Assembly (NCBI GenBank): GCA_030167145.1 | Contig: CP126532.1 | Coordinates: forward strand, 150,001-182,000 | DNA length: 32,000 nt | Reading direction: 5' to 3' | Source of the DNA: Ktedonobacterales bacterium | GTDB taxonomy: Bacteria; Chloroflexota; Ktedonobacteria; Ktedonobacterales; JADMIN01 | Part shown: positions 1 to 9,489 of the stretch, piece after piece | How positions within the stretch are numbered: the first letter of the stretch is position 1 | Layout of the letters: each line of letters begins with the position of its first letter | Program-made: the position numbers and the translations under genes | Notes under the pieces: model-generated | Told to the model about the DNA's origin: nothing | The model's database searches: none | What the model saw: only the letters and a program-made list of their open reading frames with translations

Positions 1-316
1 CTGTTATGCCACACAACACCCTAGCCTGCGGATAGCGGTCGGCTACACGACCGCCGATAAAGTAGCCGAGCGATAGATAAATCAATGTGAAGCCAATTTG
101 ATTCGCCCAGATAAAAAGTGATGTCCCGAAATAGGGCGCCATCAGGCGTGGGCCGCACATCTCGATCCCCAGCGAGACCATTCCCGCAACGAACACCAGC
201 ACCAGCAGCGGAACGCGTGGCACATCTCTAGCGACAGCAACCTCGTCAGGAGATCCCCGCGTGGCTTCAGCCGAATCTCCGTCCAGCGAAGTGGGTTGGG
301 GCGGGCGTATTCGCAT
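1..316 (-). CDS. Partial CDS (N-terminus only, continues past window start): polytopic membrane protein resembling the membrane N-domain of spermidine-synthase-like / fused MFS-spermidine synthase proteins
   Basis: Manual minus-strand translation from ATG at 316..314 gives MRIRPPQPTSLDGDSAEATRGSPDEVAVARDVPRVPLLVLVFVAGMVSLGIEMCGPRLMAPYFGTSLFIWANQIGFTLIYLSLGYFIGGRVADRYP... The frame is open to position 1. It is absent from the ORF track because it runs off the window. The family call is from remembered sequence pattern only. Confidence 0.5.
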   Translation of the reverse strand, partial: MRIRPPQPTSLDGDSAEATRGSPDEVAVARDVPRVPLLVLVFVAGMVSLGIEMCGPRLMAPYFGTSLFIWANQIGFTLIYLSLGYFIGGRVADRYPQARVLCGIT

Positions 317-432
317 AGAAGCCGACTCTTTCACCTGCAAGAGAAGACCGCGCTATCAATTGGAAGCCGACAACGGTGGTGAGCTTGAGACAATCAGATT
401 GTATCTTTACGTGAAGCATACTCCCTAGCTCA

Positions 433-1284
433 TTACTCCGGCTGTTCATCCGGAGTTTCGCTGAAAGATGGCCACGGCGCATGCTCTGGAATCACATAGC
501 CTTGCAAGCGATATAATGAGCCAGCACCGTCTACTTTCAGCGTCGCGCCTGAGATGAATGACGCTGCTGGCGAAAGCAAGTAGGTAACCGCTGAGGCTAC
601 TTCGCTCTCACTCCCCATGCGTCCAGCAGGCACATCTTTGGCAATCTCCGCGAACCGCTCCTGCACTTCCGGTGGGTAGGTTTGCAGGCCGCTCGAATTG
701 ATGATCCCCGGCGCCACGGCATTCACGCGTACACCGTATTGCGCCCACTCAAGCGCCAGCGTTTGGGTGAGATTTACCACACCAGCGCGGGCCGCTCCAC
801 TATGCGCCATCCCCGGAAACCCACGCCACATCTCCGCCACAATATTCACAATTGCGCCTCCATGCTCGCGCATACTGGCGTTCAGCGCCGCCCGCGACAT
901 GGAGAAAGCGCCACTGAGATTCGTCTCGACAACAGCATGCCAACCCTTGGGCGTGATCGCAGCAGCAGGGCTGAGAAATTGCCCACCCGCATTATTTACC
1001 AGTCCGCCTATCCGCCCGTGACGTTCCTTCACGGTTGCGAAGAGCGCCTCCACAGATTCCGGCTCACGAATGTTGCACATCAGCGCTTCCGCGCGCCCGC
1101 CCGCCGCCAGAATCCCATCGCGCGCCCGCTCCAGACGTTCGAGATTGCGCGCGCACAGCACCACCGTTGCCCCGAGAAATGCCAATTCACGGGCAATAGC
1201 CAGGCCAATACCCGTACCACCGCCACTTACTATCAGCGTGTTGCCATCGAAGAGGCCGTCACGAAAGACCGACCGCATAGTCAT
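433..1284 (-). CDS. Short-chain dehydrogenase/reductase (SDR) family oxidoreductase (enoyl/dienoyl-CoA reductase-like)
   Basis: ORF 433..1311. It has the Rossmann motif VSGGGTGIGLAIA, the NNAG motif (LVNNAGG) and an SDR-like length. I prefer the ATG at 1284 (MTMRSVF...) because GGAGGAGG lies 6 nt upstream on the minus strand. Confidence 0.85.
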   Translation of the reverse strand: MTMRSVFRDGLFDGNTLIVSGGGTGIGLAIARELAFLGATVVLCARNLERLERARDGILAAGGRAEALMCNIREPESVEALFATVKERHGRIGGLVNNAGGQFLSPAAAITPKGWHAVVETNLSGAFSMSRAALNASMREHGGAIVNIVAEMWRGFPGMAHSGAARAGVVNLTQTLALEWAQYGVRVNAVAPGIINSSGLQTYPPEVQERFAEIAKDVPAGRMGSESEVASAVTYLLSPAASFISGATLKVDGAGSLYRLQGYVIPEHAPWPSFSETPDEQPE

Positions 1285-1472
1285 TTCTCGCCTCCTCCAG
1301 TTGCGCATCAATCTGCCCAGGCTCTCAGCAGCCCTCTCACGCAGCCGCTCCCACTACAGCATTGATGAGACCTGCATGCAGCATATCACTCGCCTAATGA
1401 ACCGCGCTACGTACTTGCCACTCATCAAGCACCCGGGGCATCTTTCACGCTACATACGCCATAACTGCAAGA

Positions 1473-2102
1473 TCACCCTACCAGGCGGCGTATCTCCACT
1501 GCAAGCACGTTGCCCAACTTCTCATGCTCGCTGGCATCCCAGTGAATCCCATCAGTGTCGCTCGAAGTGATCCACTGCCCCGCATCGAAGAACGCACAAT
1601 ATTCCAAATCCGCAATCCGCTGGTAGTGCTCGGCAAAGCGGCGCGACTTTTCTTCACCACCGGCAAATGTCTCATCCCACGGTTCGGGAACCGCCTTGAT
1701 AGGCGGTGGCGCTACAAGCACTACGTCCGGTGACATACCATCGGGGCCAGTCGCGCTCTGCTGGGCAATGGCAACCAGCGCACCAGCCCCGAGCGCAATA
1801 TCCAGCGCCGAGGCGGCGTAGCGCGCTTGAATATCGTTTGTGCCGAGTAAGATAATGACCACATCCACCGGAGCATGCGATTGCAGGCAGGGCGCGAAGT
1901 AATCTTTGCCGCACTTGTATTCTTCCAGCGGATCGCGAAATACAGTTGTACGCCCCGGCAGCCCTTCTTCAATTACCACATAGCCCTCGCCTAGTTTCTC
2001 GCGCAGTACACCAGGCCAGCGCACCGTCCTGGAATAGCGCTGCCCCGTCTCTGGGTCCTGGCCCCACGTGTTCGAGTCGCCAAAGCAGAGAATAGTCTTC
2101 AT
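1473..2102 (-). CDS. SGNH/GDSL-family hydrolase (lipase/esterase-like)
   Basis: ORF 1473..2246. The internal start MKTILCFGDSNTWGQ (block I GDS) is at 2102, with AGGAG upstream. Block III GTND and block V DGIHW (DxxH) are present. Confidence 0.85.
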   Translation of the reverse strand: MKTILCFGDSNTWGQDPETGQRYSRTVRWPGVLREKLGEGYVVIEEGLPGRTTVFRDPLEEYKCGKDYFAPCLQSHAPVDVVIILLGTNDIQARYAASALDIALGAGALVAIAQQSATGPDGMSPDVVLVAPPPIKAVPEPWDETFAGGEEKSRRFAEHYQRIADLEYCAFFDAGQWITSSDTDGIHWDASEHEKLGNVLAVEIRRLVG

Positions 2103-2268
2103 ATCACGGTCGCTCCTGCCCTCAAATTGCGTCGTAACGCTCGCAAAGATGCATGAAATATGCGTCGCAGTATAGCACTGCGCAGCAGGCAAATCAGTCC
2201 AGGGCCGGTTCGTGCCGTACAATCGAACATCCCGCATACCTCTCAATTGAAGTGTGAATTATGACCAG

Positions 2269-2298
2269 TTGACAAACGACGCCATGGGTAGCTACTAT
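2269..2298 (+). promoter_or_regulatory. Candidate sigma70-type promoter for the glmS leader
   Basis: TTGACA (2269-2274), 18-nt spacer, TACTAT (2293-2298). It lies about 125 nt upstream of the ribozyme core. Confidence 0.35.
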
Positions 2299-2423
2299 GG
2301 ACAAGTACGCACAGCCATGCAGTGAGCAGCAATAACAGCTCGCTCGCGCCAATGTGCGTCTGGATTTCCTGGTCAGCAAGCCATCCGAAGCGGCTGGCCG
2401 TTCCCGATGATTGTCGCGAAAGA

Positions 2424-2598
2424 ATAGCGCATGGGCTGGAGCAGGGAGGAGCTCCAGTTGACGAGGTGGAGGCCGTTCGGATTCGTCAGCGGGGAGCCTC
2501 CAGGGCGGGCAACGCCACCGCCCTTTCAAGGTCGCGGGCAAAGCCGGCAGGCGACTGCCGGGACAAGACGCGACTATTGGCGACACAGGGAAGGGATT
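2424..2598 (+). ncRNA. glmS glucosamine-6-phosphate-activated ribozyme (5' leader of glmS)
   Basis: AGCGC cleavage-site-like motif at 2426-2430. Hairpin CTGGAGC(2436-2442)/GCTCCAG(2451-2457). Core GACGAGG (2460-2466), then GGAGG (2468-2472) ...CAGCGGGGAG CCTCC (2497-2501), resembling the conserved GACGAGG..GGAGG..CGGCGGAUGCCUCC core as I remember it. It ends about 10 nt before the glmS ATG. Confidence 0.65.
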
Positions 2599-2608
2599 TT
2601 TGCGCCCA

Positions 2609-4471
2609 ATGTGTGGCATCGTGGGGTATGTTGGCCCGCAAAACGCAACACCGATTCTCATTGAAGGACTCTCACGGCTCGAATATCGCGGCTATGATTC
2701 CGCGGGTATCGCCGTGATTTCAGGTACCGGCCAGTTGGAGGTACGTAAAGCAGCAGGCAAGCTCCAGAACCTTCGCACAGCCCTGGCAGTGGCGGAACCA
2801 GCCGGCCAGACCGGCATGGGACATACACGCTGGGCAACGCACGGCCGTCCCACCGACATCAACGCGCATCCGCATTCCGACTGCGGCGGCAATGTCACCG
2901 TGGTGCATAACGGCATCATCGAAAATTATGCCGAATTGCGCGACGAGTTGATCGCAGGCGGCCACAGCTTCCGCTCAGAAACCGATACCGAAGTGCTGGC
3001 GCATCTCATCGAGGACGCGCTCACCAGAGGCGAGACACTAGCGGGCGCCGTGCGTGCCGCTCTGGCACGTGTGACCGGTTCGTATGCCATCGTCGTCGTC
3101 AGCCGCGAACATCCAGACCATCTGGTTGCCGCCCGCCTGAGCGGCCCGCTCATCGTTGGCTTAGGCAAGGGCGAGAACTTCCTCGCCTCAGATATTCCCG
3201 CCATCTTGCCCCATACACGTGAGATCATCGTGCTGGAAGAGGGCGAGGTCGCTGACGTCACCGCGACGAGCGTCACGCTGACTGACCTCACCGGCAATTC
3301 CGTTTCACATGAGCCAATGCATGTGGATTGGGATCTCGAAGCAGCGGAGAAAGGTGGGTTCCCGCACTACTTCGTGAAAGAAATCCACGAGCAGCCCCAT
3401 GCGCTGGCACGTGCCCTCTTGACGCGCGTCGTAGAACATGATGCCAAGCCAGTGCTACGGCTCGCCGAGTTGGAGAAACTTGCGGCAAGCGGCGCGTTGG
3501 CTACGATTCGCCGCATTACAATATTGGGGTGTGGCTCCTCGGTGCATGCTGGTCTGCTCGGCAAGTACGCTATCGAGCGCTGGGCGCGAATCCCAGTTGA
3601 GGTGAGTATCGCCTCCGAGTATCGCTATGCCGACCCCATCGTCGGCCCAGATACGCTCGTCGTCAGCATCAGCCAATCTGGCGAGACCGCTGACACGCTA
3701 GCTGCCACCCGGCTCGCTCGTGAACTTGGCGCGCCAGTGATCGCCGTCACCAACATCGTCGGCAGCGCACTGACGCGCGTTGGAGACGCTGTTCTTTACC
3801 TCCAGGCCGGACCCGAGATTAGCGTCACCTCGACGAAAACCTTCGCCGCGACGACGACCGTCCTCTACTTGCTCGCACTCTGGCTCGGCCAGCGTTCTGG
3901 GGCACTAAACGATGCTGAGCTAGACCTCGCCCTGCGCACCCTTCAGCAACTGCCCGCCCAAATGCAACAAATGCTCGACGACATCGCCGCCGACCGCACC
4001 GCGCTTGATGCCGCCGCGGCGCTGCTCGCCGACCGCACGAGTTGCATGTTCATCGGGCGCGGACCCGGCTTTCCCCTTGCGCTTGAGGCAGCGCTCAAGC
4101 TAAAGGAAATCTCGTATATCCATGCCGAGGCCTACCCTGCGGGTGAGTTGAAGCATGGTCCTATCGCCCTACTTGATCCCGAGGTGCCGCTGGTGGCCAT
4201 GACGCTGGCCAGCCGCACCTACGACAAAGTAATCAGCAATGTTGAGGAGGTCCGCGCACGCGAGGCGAAAGTGCTCGCCGTGGCGACGCAAGGCGATGCG
4301 CAGATCGCGCGCCATGCTGATGCGACGCTCTACGTACCAGAGGCGCCGGAACTCTTCGCACCGCTTCTGGCGCTTGTGCCAATGCAACTCGTCGCTTATC
4401 ACGTCGCGCTAGCGCGCGGCTGCAACATTGATCAGCCACGTAACCTGGCCAAGTCTGTTACCGTGGAATAA
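2609..4471 (+). CDS. glmS: Glutamine--fructose-6-phosphate aminotransferase (isomerizing)
   Basis: ORF 2600..4471. The canonical N-terminus MCGIVGY (Cys nucleophile after Met) begins at ATG 2609. Two SIS domains are present (SQSGETADT) and the C-terminus is the conserved ...KSVTVE. Length is about 620 aa. Confidence 0.97.
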   Translation: MCGIVGYVGPQNATPILIEGLSRLEYRGYDSAGIAVISGTGQLEVRKAAGKLQNLRTALAVAEPAGQTGMGHTRWATHGRPTDINAHPHSDCGGNVTVVHNGIIENYAELRDELIAGGHSFRSETDTEVLAHLIEDALTRGETLAGAVRAALARVTGSYAIVVVSREHPDHLVAARLSGPLIVGLGKGENFLASDIPAILPHTREIIVLEEGEVADVTATSVTLTDLTGNSVSHEPMHVDWDLEAAEKGGFPHYFVKEIHEQPHALARALLTRVVEHDAKPVLRLAELEKLAASGALATIRRITILGCGSSVHAGLLGKYAIERWARIPVEVSIASEYRYADPIVGPDTLVVSISQSGETADTLAATRLARELGAPVIAVTNIVGSALTRVGDAVLYLQAGPEISVTSTKTFAATTTVLYLLALWLGQRSGALNDAELDLALRTLQQLPAQMQQMLDDIAADRTALDAAAALLADRTSCMFIGRGPGFPLALEAALKLKEISYIHAEAYPAGELKHGPIALLDPEVPLVAMTLASRTYDKVISNVEEVRAREAKVLAVATQGDAQIARHADATLYVPEAPELFAPLLALVPMQLVAYHVALARGCNIDQPRNLAKSVTVE

Positions 4472-4491
4472 CGGCTCCACGCTTGAAACAC

Positions 4492-4545
4492 ACCGCCTGA
4501 GGATGCTAACCTACTCGGTTCAGCGCCCCAGGCGGTTTACTTTGT
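4492..4545 (+). terminator. Possible intrinsic terminator after glmS
   Basis: ACCGCCTGAGG (4492-4502) pairs with CCCCAGGCGGT (4527-4537) with one mismatch and is followed by TTTACTTTG. The loop is long (about 24 nt), so confidence is modest. Confidence 0.4.
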
Positions 4546-4598
4546 ATGCGCGAAACCCTTCAAGCGAAACCCCTCATTAGCAAATCATCATGAACCTC

Positions 4599-4645
4599 TT
4601 GACAGCCCCGCACCCCAATGGCACTATTTCATTCAACCGTTTGAA
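4599..4645 (+). promoter_or_regulatory. Candidate promoter plus inverted-repeat operator upstream of the TetR gene
   Basis: TTGACA at 4599-4604 and a weak -10-like ACTATT around 4623-4628. Inverted repeat TTCAA-ccgt-TTGAA at 4632-4645 sits at the expected transcription start. The operator role is inferred. Confidence 0.25.
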
Positions 4646-4685
4646 CAAATAAATCTCATAACGACGCTCACCCAAGGGAGACTAC

Positions 4686-5330
4686 ATGTCCAGGCCTGTG
4701 AAAGCCGATGCCCGCCGCATAGAGCTCCTGGCTGCGGCAATCCGGGTGCTCGCGCGTCATGGTCTGAGCGAAACAACCACCCGCAAAATCGCGGCAGAGG
4801 CACGTGTAAACCAGGCGACCCTGCTCTACTATTTCGAGAGCAAAGACGAACTGCTCTTCGCCGTGCTGCACGAGATGATGCGCATGACTGAGGAGATCGC
4901 GCTTGAGTCTCGGCACCCTGGCGCAAGTCTACGTGACACGATCACCTCCAGCATCAACGCCTTCTGGCAACACGTCGAATCCGCGCCCGAATTGCAGATC
5001 ATGCAATACGAACTCACGCTCTACGCGCTTAGAAATCCAGACGCCGCATGGCTGGCAAAGCAACAATACGAGGGTTACTGCAACGTCGTTGAAACCTTGT
5101 TTCGCGAAGCATACACAGAAGCCAACCAATCTAGCGCAGCATCATTCGACGCCCTAGCTCGCTTTGTCGTCGGCGGACTCGACGGCCTCATCCTGCAATT
5201 CGTCAGCGACCGCAATTCAAAGCGGGCACGGCATGACCTCGAACAACTTATCGCCGCTGTGCTCGCGCTTGCGGAAGGCATAGCCACACTTCCTATCATC
5301 AGTGTCGCCTCTACATCTAATGATTCATAG
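4686..5330 (+). CDS. TetR/AcrR-family transcriptional regulator
   Basis: N-terminal HTH signature LLAAAIRVLARHGLSETTTRKIAAEARVNQATLLYYFESKDELL. Length is about 214 aa. RBS AAGGGAG lies 5 nt upstream. Confidence 0.9.
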   Translation: MSRPVKADARRIELLAAAIRVLARHGLSETTTRKIAAEARVNQATLLYYFESKDELLFAVLHEMMRMTEEIALESRHPGASLRDTITSSINAFWQHVESAPELQIMQYELTLYALRNPDAAWLAKQQYEGYCNVVETLFREAYTEANQSSAASFDALARFVVGGLDGLILQFVSDRNSKRARHDLEQLIAAVLALAEGIATLPIISVASTSNDS

Positions 5331-5361
5331 CAATCACCATCGAGGGACAGGAGTTGCGTAT

Positions 5362-6624
5362 ATGGTGCAGTCAGCACGGGAAGAGCAGCAGGCGCAGTCA
5401 TCTAGCCAGACGAACGCCAACACGGCAGCCACCTCGCGAGATTATGCTTACTACCAGCGCGTCTTCCATGGCAAAGCGCTACCTTTCGCCTTTCTCGATC
5501 TCGACCTGCTCGACCAGAACATTCGCCAGGTGGTAGCGCGTGCGGGTGGCAAGCGCGTGCGCGTCGCCTCCAAGTCACTACGCTGTGTTGCGACTCTCAA
5601 GCGCATCCTCGCATCCGACCCCACATTTCAGGGCATCATGTGCTTCACCGCGCGTGAAGCCGCATTCCTCGCCGACCAGGGACTCGATGACCTGCTGATT
5701 GGCTATCCCACCTGGCACGAAGACGATATCGCCGTTGTTGCGCGGGCGACCACCACTGGCGCGCACATCACCCTGATGGTAGATAGCCTTGCACATGTGG
5801 AGCGCATCGAGTCACTTGCGCAACAGCATGGAGTGCGCCTGCCGCTCTGCCTGGATATTGATATGTCACTGCCTATTCCCGGCCTGCACTTTGGCGTATG
5901 GCGCTCACCACTCACAACACCGAACCAGATACGCCCAATAGTCAAGCGCATCGCCTCTTCGCAACACGTCTGGCTGGATGGGATTATGGGCTATGAAGCC
6001 CAGATTGCTGGTGTGGGCGACAACTACCCTGGTCGGATACTCAAAAACGCGGTGGTACGTTGGCTCCAGCGGCGCTCAGCGCGTGAGGTAGCGGCCCTCC
6101 GCGCCGACGTAGTCGCGATGATCGCGGAAGAATACAGCCAGCCGCTGCGCTTCGTCAACGGTGGCGGCACCGGCAGCATCACCACAACCCGCATGGAGTC
6201 CGCTGTCACCGAGATTACCGTTGGCTCAGCATTCTACGGTCCCGCGCTATTCGACAACTATTCCCGATTCCGCTACCAGCCCGCCGCGGGATTCGCCATC
6301 GAGATTGTGCGGCAGCCACGAGCGGACATCTTTACCTGCCTGGGTGGCGGCTACATTGCGTCGGGCGCCGCTGGCGTAGATAAGCTGCCAAAGGTCTATC
6401 TTCCGCATGGCGCCAGGTTCGATCCACTCGAAGCGGCAGGCGAAGTTCAGACGCCAATTCACTATACCGGGCCGATTCCACTTAAACCCGGCGACCCCAT
6501 CTTCCTGCGCCACAGCAAGGCTGGTGAGCTATGTGAACGCTTTACTCATCTCGTGCTGGTCTCGAACGGCGCTATCATCGAAGAAGTCCCGACCTATCGC
6601 GGTGACGGTCAGTGTTTTCTGTAG
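5362..6624 (+). CDS. Fold-type III (alanine-racemase N-domain) PLP-dependent enzyme, amino acid aldolase/deaminase-like
   Basis: ORF 5302..6624. I prefer ATG 5362 (GGGACAGGAG upstream). Candidate PLP-lysine context is RVRVASKSLRC, with a barrel plus C-terminal beta-domain layout typical of D-Ser dehydratase / D-Thr aldolase-like proteins. The substrate is unknown. Confidence 0.75.
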   Translation: MVQSAREEQQAQSSSQTNANTAATSRDYAYYQRVFHGKALPFAFLDLDLLDQNIRQVVARAGGKRVRVASKSLRCVATLKRILASDPTFQGIMCFTAREAAFLADQGLDDLLIGYPTWHEDDIAVVARATTTGAHITLMVDSLAHVERIESLAQQHGVRLPLCLDIDMSLPIPGLHFGVWRSPLTTPNQIRPIVKRIASSQHVWLDGIMGYEAQIAGVGDNYPGRILKNAVVRWLQRRSAREVAALRADVVAMIAEEYSQPLRFVNGGGTGSITTTRMESAVTEITVGSAFYGPALFDNYSRFRYQPAAGFAIEIVRQPRADIFTCLGGGYIASGAAGVDKLPKVYLPHGARFDPLEAAGEVQTPIHYTGPIPLKPGDPIFLRHSKAGELCERFTHLVLVSNGAIIEEVPTYRGDGQCFL

Positions 6625-6637
6625 AAGCGAGGCATCT

Positions 6638-8011
6638 ATGTGCGCCAAACCCTCACGGCGGTTCGCCCGCAACTGGCAGAACTGGTCCGGCTCGGTCCAG
6701 AGTACGCCACGCGAGATCGTCACACCTCGAAGCCTTGACGAGCTAGCGCAGCGAATCGGCGCATATGGGCGCGACAGCCGCCGTGTACGAGTCGTTGGCG
6801 GGGGCCACTCGTTCACGCCGCTGGTGCAGACCAACGACGTGCTCCTGTCGCTCGACGGCCTGCAAGGTATCCAGGAGGTTAACGGGCAGCGCGGAACAGT
6901 CAAGGTCTGGGGTGGCACACGGCTCAAGCGGCTCGGCAACGACCTGCTGGCGCTTGGGCGCGCGCAGGAAAACCTTGGCGACATTGACGTGCAGAGCATC
7001 GCCGGAGCGATTAGCACCGGCACGCATGGCACCGGCGTGCGGTTCGGCAACATCGCCACGCAGGTTGTTGGACTAACTCTCGTGACCGCAACAGGCGACA
7101 TCGCCGAATGTTCCTCTGATCAGCATCCCGATCTCTTCAAAGCTGCCCAGGTGTCGCTTGGCGCGCTCGGTGTGATCGCCTCGGTCACGCTTCGCACGGT
7201 ACCGGCCAAGCGGCTTCGCTTCCAGGTACGTCGCGAGCGGGTAGATAGCTGCCTCGCCAACCTGGAACGCTACAAACAAGAAAACGATCACTTCGAGTTC
7301 TTCTGGCTGCCGTATACGCCGTGGGCGCAAGCGAAATTCCTCAACGAAACCGATGCGCCAGCAAAAGACGGCAACCTCTGGGGCACATTCAACAAAATTG
7401 TGCTGGAAAACGGCGTCTATTGGGTGCTCTCCGAAGCCTGCCGTCTGGCTCCACCTCTCACTCAAACCGTTAGCAAGATCTCAGCACAAGCGATCAGTTC
7501 ATCTACCGAGACAGACTATAGCCACCGGCTCTATGCCACACCGCGCATGGTGCGCTTCCGGGAGATGGAGTACAACATTCCTGCTGAACACTTTACCACC
7601 GTGCTAGCGGAAATACGGGAATGCATCCAGCAGCGCCAGTTCAAGGTCCACTTCCCCATAGAGTGCCGTTTCGCCCACGCCGACGACATCTGGCTGAGTC
7701 CGGCGTACCAACGCCCATCCTCCTACATTGCCGTGCATATGTATCGCGGCATGGCATACGAAGACTACTTTGCCGCCATCGAGGCGATCTTCCGACGGTA
7801 TCAGGGTCGGCCGCATTGGGGCAAGATGCATACGCGCACTGCTGACGAATTAGCCGCGCTCTATCCCCGCTGGGATGACTTCTGCCAAGTTCGGGCCACG
7901 CTCGACCCGCAAGGCATCTTCCTCAACGACTACCTGCGGCATCTCTTTGCGGTTGACGCACCGCACGCGCAGCACAGCGCCGCATTCCCATCGCCACACA
8001 ACGCCTCGTAA
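6638..8011 (+). CDS. FAD-linked oxidoreductase of the L-gulonolactone / D-arabinono-1,4-lactone oxidase family
   Basis: ORF 6407..8011. The start is taken at ATG 6638, 13 nt after the upstream stop. The N-terminus RNWQNWSGSVQSTPREIVTPRSLDEL is typical for the family. VRVVGGGHSFTPL is a covalent-FAD His context. The C-terminal ALO-domain motif GRPHWGK is present. Confidence 0.85.
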   Translation: MCAKPSRRFARNWQNWSGSVQSTPREIVTPRSLDELAQRIGAYGRDSRRVRVVGGGHSFTPLVQTNDVLLSLDGLQGIQEVNGQRGTVKVWGGTRLKRLGNDLLALGRAQENLGDIDVQSIAGAISTGTHGTGVRFGNIATQVVGLTLVTATGDIAECSSDQHPDLFKAAQVSLGALGVIASVTLRTVPAKRLRFQVRRERVDSCLANLERYKQENDHFEFFWLPYTPWAQAKFLNETDAPAKDGNLWGTFNKIVLENGVYWVLSEACRLAPPLTQTVSKISAQAISSSTETDYSHRLYATPRMVRFREMEYNIPAEHFTTVLAEIRECIQQRQFKVHFPIECRFAHADDIWLSPAYQRPSSYIAVHMYRGMAYEDYFAAIEAIFRRYQGRPHWGKMHTRTADELAALYPRWDDFCQVRATLDPQGIFLNDYLRHLFAVDAPHAQHSAAFPSPHNAS

Positions 8012-8052
8012 ATTATGGCAGCCTGTTGTTTCGTTTAGTGAGGACTGCACTT

Positions 8053-9471
8053 ATGACCGATGTCTCGCCACCCACCGCCGTAGCTGAATCGCCCGCTGTG
8101 TCCGCCTCAGGAATGTTGCGCTCCAACACCCTTGGCCTACGCCATGCTATCGTTATCTCCGTTGCGGTGATGTCTCCCGCCGCTTCGATCTTCTTCAATA
8201 CCATCCCACAAGCAGGGCTGGCAGGCGCGGCGATTCCGCTCTGCTACGTGATCGGCTTCATTGTGGCGCTGCTGGTCGCCAACCAATACAGCGAGCTATC
8301 ACGCGAATTACCATCCAGTGGCTCAGCTTACACCTTCGTCACCGAAGGACTTGGCCCGCGCTGGGGCTTTCTCACCGGTTGGATCGGACTCATCGCCGTG
8401 GCCCTCGGTGCGCCGTACTCATTCATTCTGATGAGCGCCAATCTCCAAACGCTCATGTATCGCTGGTTTGGGATTTCTTTGCATTGGAGCGTGTATTTCG
8501 TCGCGGCAATCGGCATCGTCTTCGCGCTCTGCTACCTCGGCATTCGCCAGTCGCTAACCATTGACCTTGGCTTCCTGGCCTTCGAGATAGGCGTATGTCT
8601 GTTGTTGGCCGCCCTCGTTCTATTTCATGTTGGCGGGCAAGGTGGGCTGAGTGCTGCGCCGTTCAATCCCGCCTCAGTGCCCCCAGGTGGTGATCTCACC
8701 ATTGGCATCGTGCTGGCCGTACTCAGCTTTATCGGCTTCGAGACCGCCGCAACACTCGGCGAAGAAACACGCAATCCCCATCGCAATATCCCCCGCGCAG
8801 TCTTCGGATCTATGATCGTCGTAGGCCTCTTCTATATTCTGATGGCCTATGTCGCCACCACCGGGTATGGCCCTGGCCATATGGCGACCGGCTACGCCAA
8901 CGACCCCGCCCCATTCGACACCATCAGCCGCAAATTCAGCGGCGGCGCGCTGGCGGCATTGATTGATCTCGTCGGTATCTTCTCCTTCTTCAGTGCTGCG
9001 CTTGCCATCGTCAACGGCGGCGCGCGCATCCTCTACAGCATCGGTCGCGACGGACTGCTGCCGCGATGGATGGCCTGGACGCATCCCACGCGGCTAACCC
9101 CAGCAGGTGCAATCACGGCGCTTTGCACTGTTGGTATCGTCGTCGGCATTGGCCTCGGAATCCTGCTTTCGCCGATAAGCGCCTTCGCATTTCTGGGCAC
9201 GCTCGACGCGCTCTTCATTCTGCTCATCTATGTGCTGGTCAACATCGCCTGCTTCCGCTTCTTCCGGCGCAAGCGTCGCGCACAATTCAATTGGGTACGC
9301 CACGGCCTGCTTCCGCTCCTAGGCCTGCTCATCAGCGCGGGCATTTTCACGGCAGCCGCCATCTCGCCCGGTCCCGCGCCGCTCAGCTTCACACCACTGG
9401 TCGTCGGTATCTGGATGGCGCTCGGCCTGGCGGTATTGGTTGTGATGCGCGGCAAATTCGCCTCCAACTGA
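8053..9471 (+). CDS. APC-superfamily amino acid/polyamine permease
   Basis: ORF 8026..9471. ATG 8053 is preceded by GTGAGGA. About 12 hydrophobic segments are visible. APC-like motifs include SELSRELPSSGSAYTFV and GFETAATLGEETRNP. Confidence 0.85.
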   Translation: MTDVSPPTAVAESPAVSASGMLRSNTLGLRHAIVISVAVMSPAASIFFNTIPQAGLAGAAIPLCYVIGFIVALLVANQYSELSRELPSSGSAYTFVTEGLGPRWGFLTGWIGLIAVALGAPYSFILMSANLQTLMYRWFGISLHWSVYFVAAIGIVFALCYLGIRQSLTIDLGFLAFEIGVCLLLAALVLFHVGGQGGLSAAPFNPASVPPGGDLTIGIVLAVLSFIGFETAATLGEETRNPHRNIPRAVFGSMIVVGLFYILMAYVATTGYGPGHMATGYANDPAPFDTISRKFSGGALAALIDLVGIFSFFSAALAIVNGGARILYSIGRDGLLPRWMAWTHPTRLTPAGAITALCTVGIVVGIGLGILLSPISAFAFLGTLDALFILLIYVLVNIACFRFFRRKRRAQFNWVRHGLLPLLGLLISAGIFTAAAISPGPAPLSFTPLVVGIWMALGLAVLVVMRGKFASN

Positions 9472-9489
9472 CCAAAACACAGTCCCCCC

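Noticed and set aside
267-482. 71-aa minus-strand ORF between the partial membrane-protein gene and the SDR gene
   Set aside because: It overlaps the ends of both flanking genes, has no RBS or motifs, and is likely spurious.
6407-6637. Longest-ORF start (6407) for the FAD oxidase, overlapping the PLP enzyme gene by about 218 nt
   Set aside because: The conserved family N-terminus (RNWQNWSG...) begins just after ATG 6638, 13 nt past the upstream stop. The upstream extension is low-complexity read-through of the other gene's frame.
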